A stretch of DNA of 64,000 nucleotides, from positions 181,660,001 through 181,724,000 of the forward strand of contig OZ024743.1 in NCBI GenBank assembly GCA_964016885.1, in the 5' to 3' direction. Shown in pieces: positions 50,298 through 64,000 of the stretch (positions are counted from its first letter, which is position 1; every line of letters starts with the position of its first letter). A model generated the notes under the pieces. That model was not told the origin of the DNA. It saw only the letters and a list, made by a program, of their open reading frames with translations, and did not search any database. This DNA is from Eledone cirrhosa. Its lineage: Eukaryota. A program made the position numbers and the translations under genes.

Positions 50298-50412
50298 ATT
50301 ATTCAACTAGTGTTCTATAAAAGTTTGAAATAGAAAGAAAACATTCGATAATTTAATAGTTGTTTTATAATGGTAAGGCATCGAATGCTGCTCAGCCATG
50401 TGCTAAACATTC

Positions 50413-50485
<73 letters not shown>

Positions 50486-50844
50486 GCGCGCGTGTGTGTG
50501 TTATTTGAAGGCTACCTCAATGCAACATCGACGGAGGATTTGGGAGTAAATTGAAGGCAATGATGATGTTGATGTGTTACCTGACCTAATATTCGAGTGT
50601 GTTACGTGACCTAATATTTCGGGTCTAAAAAAACCCTTCGATAGAAGACTCAAATGAGAAACTATTTACAAGTGATGGTCTATTTATAGCTGTGTATACC
50701 TTTGAAAAGGCTTGTTGAATACAAGCCGAAACCGTTAGGCGTCGCGGTCGGATCATTACTTTCCTTTATATATATATATATAACCTAATATGACTGTATA
50801 AAAATTGCCTCCTGTGTTTTGTCTGTTTCCTTTATTAACTATAC

Positions 50845-50934
<90 letters not shown>

Positions 50935-50936
<2 letters not shown>

Positions 50937-53900
50937 CACAAGAATCAAAGCTGTTAGAACATTTAATTGTTGACAATTGTTTCTTCCAAGCCTAGGCTTG
51001 GAGTCTTCGGAGCATTATTAATAATGTTTTTACATATAATCAGCCTCCTATTCTGCTGAAGAGTCATACAGATACATATTGTGGACAACAGTGTGTGATG
51101 GGTAAGATTCAAAATTACAATTAAAAGCTTTTGGTGGACCATGTGACAGATAATACAAGAGCGTCTAGTACATAAATAAAATTAACGAGACAGTACGTGC
51201 GTTAGTCATACATAAAGCAATTGAACAGGCAAAAGTATCAAGCATATATGAATGCTGGGTGTTGCATAAAAAATACAAGCACATAAAGCAGGTGTGTTAA
51301 TATATTATGGTGGTTGCAATGCTGAGATATTTTCAGTGTAGATCGAATATGTGTGTGTGTAGAATAAGAAAGTTCCAGGTTTCACATCCATTACATATGT
51401 CACGATGTATTTGTGTTGAGTGTTTGTTATAGTATTGGCTTGTAATGTAAAGTAACTTAGTGTTATTGAGTCCGTACCGTATACTACATTTGTATAGCTG
51501 GGAGAATTTTCTACTGTTTTTTACCCGGAAGTGGGAATGGAAGTAAGGGGAGGTAACTAGCTCATTATAATAATAATTAAACTCATTGTTCTAAGGGACT
51601 TTATATAGTGTTATAATTGAGGGCCTAATATAGAAACTATATATTTATATTAATTTAATTTAATTTAAACCCAGTCTACTCTCTCCTAATACATTAAGGT
51701 ATCATTATAAAGTTGCCTATCTAGTATTATAAAGTGCCATAATTGAGTTTCCCATACAAATTGTTATATATTTATATTAATTTAATCTTGGATACAGTCT
51801 ACCCTCCCAAAATATATCAGAGGTTTTGCTAGATTGCTGTCTATCTAGTATATGGTAAGCTATGCAATACCGTATAGCTGTTTGCATGGTAAAGTAGATA
51901 TATCTCTAGAGTAAATAAACACATCCCTTATATACAATGTTATTAATGTTAATCCATACATTTAATTATAGATGTATACATAATTCATTGTTCCATATTG
52001 CATTTAAGTTAGATAAATCCCTTATGTTACTACATTAATCCTATATATACAATGATATTAATGTTTACATTTAATTGAAAATGTATATATAATTCATTGT
52101 TACGTTTAATATTTAAAGTTTATCCAACTTATATTTCCATCACTATATAATTATAAGTAATCTAATTTTACTATATTAAGGGTATAGAGTTATAGGTCGG
52201 CTGAATTGTGTAGAGGAAAGAGTGGATCAAAGGTGGTGCAGTGGTGCAATGCAAGCCCTAAAGGTGAAGTGTTAATGGAGGTGCTGAGTTCAAAACTGAC
52301 ATTGCTATATACTAGGTTTAAAGCTTTGGAAAGAGTGTCGGAAGCGGTGCTGGCACGATGCAAACACTTCCGATTTTTTATTAAGGAGGTTAAGGTTCTA
52401 AAATATTATAGTATGGATCTCTAGAAGACAGAGGTTACAAAATTGATTAGGTGGTTTATACGATGCTGCCCTACCTACTACTTCCCATTGAAATGTATAT
52501 GATCTATTCTTAGTTTTCAGATAATGTATGTAGCTAGATAGTGAAGTGGAGTTGGCTAGATTGTGCTTCCTGAAAGAATGAAGGTGTGAGTTGTATCTTG
52601 TCTTGAAGCAGGTCGAAGTGGAGCCTATATAGGTTTTAGAAGAGTTGATAGTGTTGACCGTGCATGAGTAAATGATGTCCTTGATTAAGCAGTTGTTACC
52701 TAAAGGGCAGGTTCTATTAGATCTACAGTTACATTTATTTTGGGTTATATCTCGTCGGTTATTATGCTGCGTAGAAGTTTGGTTGCTAGGTATTGCATGA
52801 GGGCTATGATGGTTGTCGGTCCCAATGTTATTGATTTCAATATTGTTACTACTATTATTACTATTGCTATTAGGGTTAGTAGTTATTATGTTGTTTCGAA
52901 AGTTTCCCTCTTGTGTTTTAATTTGATGGAGATAAGTATTAATTTTTCTTTTATTACTACTAGCTATATGGTATGCTATGTTAGGTGCCGTAGAGTAGGA
53001 GATTTTAATGGTGTTATTTAAAAGTCTATGGTACTTGTGGCCCGACGGGAAGTTTCTTTCTAGGATTGAGAAGAAGGCCCTAGGTAAGTTGGTAGAGACG
53101 TTCAGATTGAAAGGGGGGGTTGAAAAAAGTATTAGTTCTTCTTCTATTTTTGTTTTTATATCTATTGAAGTATTTATGTTTATAATATTTTGGTGTCTAC
53201 TATGGTGCGAGTTGGGCTTGTTATTACCCTTCGTATTAGAGTAGGGGTGGTTATTATTCTTACTACCGCTATTCCTCATGGCCATATTGTGAGAAATAAT
53301 GTTGGAACTATTTGATTTTCTAGGTAGGAACTCAATCTCATTACTATGGCCTGATTTAGCTAATGCCTGATTGTAGTACTGTGAATTATTGCTAAATATG
53401 GTTTCGTTATCAGATAGATTAGAGATTCTGTTAGAAATACCTTTAGTGATAGAGTTTAAAATGGATCTAGGGTTGTTCGACTTGGTGTCTACATAAATCA
53501 GTTTTTCGTTAGGTTTATGGTAGAGTGTATACTTTAGAGTCTAGGTAAAGGGTAGCATCAAGGAAGTTAACATTTTTAGTGTTTTTGTCTATGGTGATAG
53601 TTAAGTTATAGTTTTTGAAGGTTTTATGCAACAGTTTCCTTGTTCTTTCTATATTCAATTTTTTATAGTCTATAAGGAGTAGTGCATCATCGCGGTATAA
53701 ACCACCGTTGAGGTGTGGGAGGTCCTTATGGATTTCATTTAGTAAATATAGGCCCACCAAATCAGTGTATGACTGTATGACTCTTCAGAAGAATAGGAGG
53801 CTGATTATATGTAAAAACATTATTAATAATGCTCCGAAGACACCAAGCCTAGGCTTGGAAGAAACAATTGTCAGCAATTAAATGTTCTAACAGCTTTGAT

Positions 53901-54047
53901 TCTTGTGTATTCTATATTACTGTTCTGTATAACAAATGATGTTCTTACATTGAGCTATTTATCTTACTGGTAATAAGGTAGTAATACATTACTGACCTTA
54001 CCTGTTTATAGTTGTATATAGTATATACATAACTATAAATATTATCC

Positions 54048-54055
<8 letters not shown>
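50935..54055 (-). mobile_element. 5'-truncated Penelope-like element (Neptune type) with inverted pLTR and tail
   Basis: GGLYRDDALL (53515..53760); CNCR..CPLGNNCL..IIY..YIGST..FKTRY..H..SF..CNLCLLE (52398..53285); 50935-51078 inverted at ~53773-53912, then a tail to (TA)n. Confidence 0.92.
53826..53878 (+). ncRNA. Hammerhead motif in pLTR (CCGAAGA core variant); mirror copy at ~50965-51018 on the minus strand
   Basis: tgct-CCGAAGA-ca ccaagcctaggcttgg aa-GAAAC AATT GTC-agca. Confidence 0.65.
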
Positions 54056-54115
<60 letters not shown>

Positions 54116-54717
54116 TTCGATCGTTTATTACATGTTTCACACATGTCATAAAACTCCTCTTGTTTCGATCGTTTACGACACGTTTTACAACTGTCGTAAA
54201 ACTATTTTGGATTATCTACCTTTCCCTTCTCTCACTCACTTCCGGTTGCTCCATCTCTCTCTATATATATCTCTATCCCTCCCGCTCTCTCTCCCCTGAC
54301 TTTGATTGCGATTGCACGGAACTACCACGCTCCTGTTATTGCACCACCAGACTTAAGTCTAATCGGTTCGTTATAACTTATTCTATTCTATTTTTTCCTC
54401 GGTTACTCACTTGCATGTTCCATTGACTTGTGCCCCCCCCCCCCCTCCCCGCTTTCATTCGGTCTATTAACGTCTTTTTTTTCCTTTCTTCCTCTCTCCT
54501 CACTACTTTCCCTTTTTTCTTTTCTTTCTCGTCTGGCCTTTTGATCGATAAAATGCCTTGGGCGCGCTGCTGATCGCTTTTTATGTCCTGTTTTAAGCGC
54601 CGAAACATCTATGATCTACGTTTTACAGCTGATGAAGGATTTCTTCTCTTTTTTTCGTCCATATTACCATCTTAAACTTTGTTTACTGTAACCACACAGC
54701 TCGCTTCGTTTCTTGTA

Positions 54718-54821
<104 letters not shown>

Positions 54822-54855
54822 TGTATCTATGTATGTATGTATGTATATATATATA

Positions 54856-57800
54856 TTACAATGGAAAAACAATACTTGGGAACTTCTTTAAAGAATATAC
54901 CGATACATTCTAAGGATGAAGTCTTACTTTTTATGATACAAAAAAAACAACCAATTCATCAAAAGGGTCAGATGGAGGGCCTACCACTTTGATAGAAAAA
55001 CAAAACGTATTGATAAGAAATATTTATATGATTTCATTACATATAAGAACCCACCACACAACTCCTTGCTTGAAAACTTCGAGAAAGACCCATTTAAATT
55101 AATCAACACCTCAGATTTAAGAAATATAAATCTAATTTTCAAAAGGATCTTGACTCTACCCTATTGGATCTAGAAAAATCTAGCAAAATCCACGTCCACT
55201 CAGACAAAACTGGAAATCTATACTACATGGATATTGATAATTACAATGAGTTCATTTATAAAGAACTCAGGAAATATTATTAAAAAAAACAAATAATGCG
55301 GCCCTTACCAATATCAACAACAAAACATACAACATAGTAAATAAACTCAATATTGAAGACAGAACTGAACATTTGGCACTGAAAAAACCACACTTTAACC
55401 TGAAAGATCACAAATCTAACTTTAACTCAAATCCTTCTATAAGACTTATATGCCCTTCCAAATCTGACATTGGCATCATTAGTAAAAAATGTTTAGATAG
55501 AATCATCCCACAATTAAGAAAACACGTTAATTTACCACTCTGGGAAAACACATCCCAAGTAATTAACTGGTTTACTAATATTAGAAATAAATCATCTGCT
55601 TCATTTCTACAATTTGATATAGATGCTTATTATTCCTCTATATCACCCATATTCTTGAACAAAGCCTTGATATTTGCCAAAAATAGATCAAACTTAACTA
55701 TGGATGACATTAATATTATCACGCACGCTAGACAAACACTACTGGAATTTCAGAAGGAATACTGGACCAGAAATACATATAGTAATCTCTTCGACATTAC
55801 TATGGGCTCTAGTGATTCTGCCCAAATTACCGATCTTGTGGGCTTCTTCTTCTATTTAACATAAATTCTTCTTTTCCCCACCTTAAAGGTGGTTTATATC
55901 GTGATGACTGTCTTCTCCTTTCCACTAATCTTAGCCTATCAGAAATTGAAAAAAATAAAAAACTTAGATCTTTCCTCAAAGACTATTACAATCTCACTAT
56001 TACATTTGAAAACACCAGTAAAATAGTTAATTTCCTAGATATAACTTTAGACTTATCTACGGGTATCTACCAACCTTACCATAAACCTAACCAAAACTTA
56101 CATTACATACACTCACAATCCAATCACCCTAGATCTATCCTTAAAAACCTAGCATATAATATCTCAATCAGAATCTCTAACCTTTCATCTAACCAGGATG
56201 TATTCGATAAAAATGAGCCCTTTTATAACGAAGCTTTAGCTAGAAGCGGCCACAAAAACAAATTAGTCTATATACCTTGCACCAATAATACTTCAAACAT
56301 ACAACCCAATATTACCAACAAACACCAAATGAAAAACCCACACTTAAATGCCACTCACACTACACCCAAAAATACCAACCTAAAAATTAATTTCTCTACC
56401 TCTTCTCACATAAATGTAATGACTTTCAAAAAACCATTCATCCTAATACTCCAATATATGTTAACAACATTACTAACAAAATTCCTAATAATCAGACTAA
56501 AACACGTCAATCAGTTAATCTAACTAAACCTATATATAATAAATTCACTAATAATAACTCTCTTAGTAAACATCCTGATACATCGTATAAATATTAAAAA
56601 CAATATCGAAACCGTAATAGACGGGTGACTTGGTATAATGCTCCATTTAATCTACAAATTAAAGATAATATCCCTAAAAAGTTTTTTACTATCCTAGAGA
56701 AAAACTTCCTGCCAAACCATAAATACCATCAAATTTTAAATAGATCAACTGTCAAATTTTCCTACTCCACTACCAAAAGTAAACAACAAAATATAAGTGC
56801 GTACAACGCATATAAATGTTTAAAAAACCACTAATATACCACCAGCACATCAAACCAACCATAATACTTAAATAAACCGCAACAAACCACTATCTCCTTC
56901 ATATATAACAAGTCGAGGAAATTCCACACCAAATTTGACTAACTCCCCTGATATAATATTCACGAATGGTTGTAACTGTAGAAACAAATGTAATTGCCCA
57001 TTAAAGGGAAATTGTCTTATTAATAACATAGTCTATAAATGTAAAATTAGCACTAAGGACTCCACTTATTCATATATAGAAGCTACGTCTAACCAATTTA
57101 AAGTAAGATTTAATACCCACAAACAGTTTTAAAATACCGCATTAGCTAATACAACATCCTTGGCTGAAACAATTAATAATTATAGAAAAAAGAATATCGA
57201 TTACAACCTGACCTGAAATGTGCTCAAAGGGCCACCCTTTATCAAAATAACAGATATTAGTGTAGATTATGCTCCCAGGAACTTTTTGAAATAATGAAAT
57301 CTAAGGATATCCTATTAAATAAGTGACAAGAATTAATTATATCTTGTAATCATAGAATTAGAAGAACCTTCAAATATTATAAACCTAATTAATATACACC
57401 TTACACTTATATTTAACATATTATTATAATTATTTTTTTTAAATTTAGTTAACCTATAATTAGTACTTTACTACAGAGAACTTCATAATTTTATTTCCCT
57501 CTTATAGCTCTCTTTTCCTAAAATTAATACCTAAAAGTATAAATATAAATTAATTTAATTTCCTGTTTTGAATCTAAATTCCTTGTAGTTTATATAAGAT
57601 TGGTATTTCTCACTACTACCCTTATCCCAAAATTTTATTTTCCTTCGTTTTTAACAACATTCTTTAATATCATCTAATTCTTATTTATCACATCCATATG
57701 AATTAATATAAATTTATCCCTATAAGTATACCTATCAATTAATTTTAATTTCTTGTTATAGATCTAGATTCTTTGTGGTTTAAATAAGATTGTTATTTCT

Positions 57801-58300
57801 CACTAATATCCTTACCCTAAAATGTTACTTTCCTTCGTTTTTAACATTATTCTTTAATAACATCTGTACCCTTTACCGGCTTGACCTCTTTTCATCCCCA
57901 AAGTATTCTTTTCATTCTCAAAGTATTCTTTTCATTCAAAGTATTCTTTCCATTCAAAACATAAGTCTGCACTCCTCTACCCCTAAATTAAATTTCTACT
58001 ACTACTATTCTATCAACTTGACCTCTTACTACTTTTCTATTGGTCAATTCAAAACATGTTCCCAAACAGACCTATTATATTAAATCTTTATTGGGGTTTT
58101 TTTTCAATAAACAAATCTCATCATTTCTGACGACAGCATGTGAAGGTATGTATATTTCCTCTGATAGTTTGTAATATTTTTACATAGATCTATATGATAT
58201 ACATACCAACACACATATATATCCTAGAAACGATCGTAAAATGAAGAATTTTTTAATATAAGGAACTTGTTCTTTGTTTTTATTCATCGTTTTTATTAAT
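54856..58300 (+). mobile_element. Penelope-like element (Neptune type), ORF apparently full length but decayed
   Basis: ATG at 54861, [14 protein letters not shown]; LKDHK..RLICPSKSDIG, QFDIDAYYSSI, TMGSSDSAQITDLVG, GGLYRDD, CNCRNKCNCPLKGNCL..IVY..YI; many frameshifts; AT-rich 3'UTR. Confidence 0.9.
58121..58244 (+). ncRNA. Type I hammerhead with extended stem II
   Basis: tcattt-CTGACGA-(ggtatgtatat...atatacatacc)-GAAAC GATC GTA-aaatga. Confidence 0.7.
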
Positions 58301-58311
58301 TTATATATATA

Positions 58312-58508
58312 TACTAAATGATTCTTCCAAGAAACATCTAGCTTGTTCGTCAGACAAAACAATTGTTTCTTGCAAGAATCATCTAGTTTCTTGAAACCTT
58401 CGGTAATGAAGTAATTATATTGTGTTGTTTATTATGTTATTAAATAGCTCTGTACAATACATAGAGAACTCTTCTTTTCTTTACCTTTTCTACGGAAATA
58501 CTAAACAT
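58312..58508. mobile_element. Fold-back mini-element, family C copy 2
   Basis: Homologous to 10370-10622. Confidence 0.7.
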
Positions 58509-58818
58509 ATAAAGAGACCCTCCATCTCAATTTTAGAGAGAGAGAGATAGAGAGAGAGAGATTGTTGTTCTTCTTTTACATCCATAGCATGTAGTAATCG
58601 CCGACTAGTGCTCCAGTTGATTCCATCAACGGAACTCCCTGCTCATGAAAGGAACGTGTGAGTTCAACCATAACGTAGTTCTCAATCAGATTCGGAAATC
58701 AAACTCATAACCTTAGGTTCCTGAGCTGAACATCCTAAACACATATATACATTATATATATATATGGTGGTGGTGAAAGAGAAATAGATAAATAGACAGA
58801 TAGATAGATTGATAGATA

Positions 58819-59140
58819 TCTTTCTTTATTTGCCACAAGGGCTGACAAAAATGAGACATTGCAAGACGTAACGGCGGGGTTTTACATAAAATCTTCAACA
58901 ATAATGAATAACAATAAACTAAATTTAAAATTTTTTAAATCGAAATCCCCAATAGGGGAGAACGTTACTGCAGGGTTGTTTTACACCCTGTGGATAGAAC
59001 AACCATCAACACCAGGAGCACGTTTTGTAGGCTTTCCCGTCTTCCCTCTGTTTGTCTTCCAGAGAAGGCCCATTTACTCGGGCCATTTTCGCCGCATTCA
59101 CCCACTTTTCAGCGAATTTACTGGGGTGAAGCACCTCTCA
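58819..59140 (-). mobile_element. Short 5'-truncated Tx1-like copy with 11-bp TSD in (GATA)n
   Basis: 3' end cccttgtggcaaataaagaaa; coding end matches 28657-28750; attgatagata at 58808-58818 and 59141-59151. Confidence 0.8.
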
Positions 59141-59157
59141 ATTGATAGATAGATAGA

Positions 59158-62018
59158 TATGTTTCTTTATTAGCCACAGGGTCACAAATGAAGGGGTCGG
59201 ATACAAAGGGGGAAGTTTACATACAATAAAAACGTGTAAAATGCTATCACAAATGCAATTTAAAAATCAATCGATTTTCCCCAATAGGGGAGACATTACA
59301 TATGGGTAACACATACCCCCGAAAAAATGTGCAACCCTCATCTCCAGGAGTAAGAAGAGTGAGTACCCCCTTCCTCTTTTCCTCTTTTTCCTCAACCTAC
59401 AGGCTGATATAGAGAGAAGGCGCAACCACTCGGACCATTCTCGCCACTTTCACCCACCTTTCATAAAACTTTCTGGGGTACCTCTCTCTCCATCCTGATT
59501 CTTCTTCTAAAGTGGTATTTGAAAAAAAGAATCAGTTGTTGGCCGGAGAGAAAGGTGTCTGACCTCAGTCCTTTTAACCTCGTCCACCATACAACCTCTT
59601 TCGCCATAGCTATCACACAAAGGAAAACCGTCTCTCCTTCGTTTTTGAAGGAGGGTGGCGGTTTGATCATGACAATGGACTGGGTGGTGAACCGGATTGG
59701 TCCCACCCGCGACAATAGTCGTTCTACATAGCCCCACAGGTCGGTAACGCCCGGGCAGTGTACGAATGCGTGCGCGACGGTTTCTTTCTTCGTCTCGTGC
59801 GCATCTCGGACAGATCTTTTTCGAAGGGTCCCTGCCCGGGCGCCCATGTCTGTAGAGCTTGTCTCGAACTGGTAGAGCTCCTCAGTAGCACTGCCAGGCC
59901 AGGGACTTTTGGAAGTTGTCCATCGGTCCCGGGTGGAAGCTCCTACCGAACAGACTGGCCAGTTCGTCTTCCTCTATGCCTAGAGTTTCTCCGAGCGCGT
60001 CGTCGTACTTGCTGCGGACCAACGCTCTTTAGAATGACGAAGTGGAGTCTCCACTGATCGCCGGGTCCGCCTGCCAGAGGGCTGTGAGCTCCTGAGCACA
60101 TTCGATGTGCCAGTCGCCCATTTTCCTCGGTCTTTGCTTGACCCAGGATTGCAGCTCGGTCAGCGAGATGAGTCGTGGGAAGGTTCGCATCAGGAACGGG
60201 GACCCACACCGGTTGTCCGGTGAGGAATACGTGGAGGTGCCGCAGCCTGAGCGCGTGTTTGCGCATCGTCAGCCACGGCATCCCCAACCCTCCGTTGGAA
60301 GAGTGTTGGCAGCAGATGGATCTTCTCACCAAAGGAGCCTGCTTCTTCCAAAGGAATTGGAAGAGCGCACGCTCCATTTTGGTGAGCGTTTTGGCTGGAC
60401 AAGGCACGACGGTCGAGCGGTAGTAGATGACGGACGCTATGAAAGCGTTCGCCACCTCTGCTCGACCTTTCAAGGATGGTTTGCACTCGGCCCACTTCTG
60501 GGTGAGTGCAAACACCTTGGCCGTCACCTCGTTCCAGTTCTTCTCCACCTGGAGGTCCGGACTAAACCAGACCCCGAGTAGCTTCACCGGTCCTTCCGTC
60601 CAGCGTCCGATGACGTCATCGTGAGGCATCGGTTTGCCTCTCCACGATCTGAGTTGCAAACCGATGGACTTGTTCCGGTTCAGCTTCGCTCCTGTGAACC
60701 TTTCGTATTCCTTCAGTAAGGTACCGACTTCCTCGATTTGCGAGGTGCTCGACACCATTACTGTCATGTCGTCGGCGTAGGCCGATGCCGCTTTCCGCAG
60801 TACCGGTTCCACAGGGATGCCCTGCAATAGCTCCAACTTCCGCCGTAGTGGCTCGAGAGTCAGTACGTACAGAAGGGAGGAGAGAGGGCATCCCTGTCGG
60901 ATGGATCCCGTGATATGGAATGGCTCCGAGAGGTAGCCGTTCACCTTGACCCTTGAGCAGATGTTGCTGCTGTGCATTGCAGCAATCCAGCCCCTGGACA
61001 CGGGTCCGAAGCCTGCCGCCTCGAGCACCGCATCCAGGTAACGATGGTCAAACCTATCGAAAGCCTTAGACTGATCCAAGTTGATCAGGGCCCCACCGAA
61101 GCCGGGTTTACACCCTACCCTCTCTACGATGTATCGCATGAGGTGGAGGTTGTCGTGTATGGACCTGGTCGGGATTGCGCATGTCTGCGCTTCTCCCACC
61201 AGGTTTTTGACGACAAGCGCCAGCCTCTTTGCCAACACCTTGGCCAAAATCTGTAACTCTGTGTTTAGCAGAGTTATGGGCCGGAAGTTGCCTATGCCAT
61301 CCCCTTATTCTCGTCCTTCCTGACTAGCGTGACTACGCCCTTGGTCACAGAACTGTGAATTCTCCCGTTCTGCTGCCAGTTGCAGTAGACCGCTTCCAGG
61401 AGAACAGAGAACAAGTCCGGCATTGCTACGTAAAATTCGTAGGGTAGACCGTCGAGACCTGGAGATTTGCGTTTGCCGCATTGGCTCAGTTCGTCCTCTA
61501 TCTCAGCAGCCGAAATCGGCCTTTCGCAGAATTTCGCCTCGCTGTCCGAGAGTCGCGGCAGATCGTTGAGGTATGGACCGAAATCCATAGCCCCCCTCGG
61601 CGCGCCGCCCTGCCCGAACAGTTGAGCAAAGTGCCGCTGAAAGGCCGCGCACATCTGCTTCGGCTCACGTTCACGAGAGTCCGTCTTGGTCCTTCAAAGA
61701 CTGAATCGTGGACTTGTTGCCATTTTTCGCCTCCGTCACTCGGGCCCAGCTAACAGCTTTGGCTCCCTCGTTACCCAGAGCACGTATTTTGCTTTTGATA
61801 ACGCAGTCCTTGTGCTTTGCGTCGAATAACTGGGCCAAGGCCGTTCTCGTTGCTAGCACGCTGGCTACGTTGCCACTTCTAATTGCCTCTTCTACTTTAT
61901 CTACCAGTTCCTTCTCGGTCCTGTTTCTATCTAACGCTAATTATTTACTAAAAACTAACGAGTCTAATCTAACTGCCGTCTTGAGAGAGTACCACCATCT
62001 GTTGTTGACAATGGCCCC

Positions 62019-62019
<1 letters not shown>
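59158..62019 (-). mobile_element. 5'-truncated Tx1-clade LINE in (GATA)n
   Basis: RT in ORF 59943..61247 (LDQSKAFD, RQGCPLS, AYADD); homologous to 26125-28980; (GATA)n at both ends. Confidence 0.93.
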
Positions 62020-62101
<82 letters not shown>

Positions 62102-62437
62102 ATCAGACAGACAAGCAGAGAGACACATTTACATAAAATTAAGGCGTAATTTAGCTGTTTATGCATGACCGGTTAATTAAGTTACACAGCTGAATTTGTT
62201 GAGATTTAGGAGTGGTTGTAAGGAAAAGCAGAGAATACACAATAGCACAAGGTGACCCTTCAACGCCTCTTTAGATTGTCTAGCTTGACAAGTGACTACA
62301 TTGACAATCCTTATTTTATTTGTCATACGGTTTTCTTTTTTCTTTGCCTGTTCTGTGACTTTCTGTTATATACATATATTCTTTTACAGATCATACGTCT
62401 GTGTGCTGGCAAAGTCACCACTTTCATTTTGTCGATC

Positions 62438-62473
<36 letters not shown>

Positions 62474-62496
62474 GATCGACAAAATGAAAGCGGTGA

Positions 62497-62574
<78 letters not shown>

Positions 62575-62576
<2 letters not shown>

Positions 62577-63080
62577 TTTTAATATAGATGAGATTCTACA
62601 GGACTAGAACTGTTTCATTCTTTAGAAATCATCAGGAATCTGGGTATCAAAAAATAAAAATGGTATTTATAGGTCTCTACAAGTGGTAGGAGAGGGTGGG
62701 GAGTGGGATGGGTGTAGGTCATTGGTTGATAGAAAAGGGAATTCATTAAAAGCTAATTCAACAAAGCTATAGTTTATTTTTATTTATTTATGTTTTTAGA
62801 GTAACAAGGGCAGACAGAATTCTATAAACAGGTTCCGGATGGCATACCATTCCTTGTCATTAAGTTTCTCTTAAGCTAACAGATGTCTATAAGATCAGTG
62901 GGGGGTCAGTCATGGTCGATAGAATTAAAGCCAGTGTTAAAGCCCGATGGCTAAAAACGACCTCCCCCTATTGGCCCCTATACCTCCTCCCCACCCTACC
63001 CCCACCCCTCCTCAACCTGAAATAAGGCCACTATGGTTATGTAAGTACCTCTTTCGTATCTACATTTTCTGCCTGTAGAG
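62575..63080 (-). mobile_element. PLE-like 3' terminal fragment, family B, with HHR at 62591-62641
   Basis: Minus strand agattc-CTGATGA-tttctaaagaat-GAAAcag ttctagtc ctGTA-gaatct; abuts (TA)n. Confidence 0.7.

Positions 63081-64000
<920 letters not shown>

Noticed and set aside
54590-54670. CTGATGA motif as a hammerhead
   Set aside because: No downstream GAAA core; at most a decayed terminus

Overview
Eukaryotic, AT-rich, microsatellite-dense DNA with no recognisable host protein-coding gene. The tRNA-derived SINE families and the (TA)n/(TG)n/(CATA)n load suggest an Octopus-like coleoid cephalopod genome (inference). The window is a mosaic of decayed mobile DNA: three Penelope-like elements (PLEs, Neptune-type RT + GIY-YIG), Tx1/L1-clade LINEs, several RTE-clade LINEs with a non-autonomous derivative, a near full-length R4/Dong LINE plus a second R4 fragment, a Vingi-like fragment, an internally deleted mariner, a Helitron remnant and many SINEs. 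The most interesting signal is a dense set of hammerhead-ribozyme (HHR) motifs. They sit in PLE termini and in many short fold-back mini-elements, most anchored in (TA)n. One family shows compensatory stem changes, and another has copy-specific inverted arms. A second signal is apparent partitioning of microsatellite types among retroelement clades: (TA)n for PLEs, (CATA)n for RTE and R4/Dong, and (GATA)n for Tx1. All calls are by eye. Boundaries are approximate unless a TSD or TIR is quoted.
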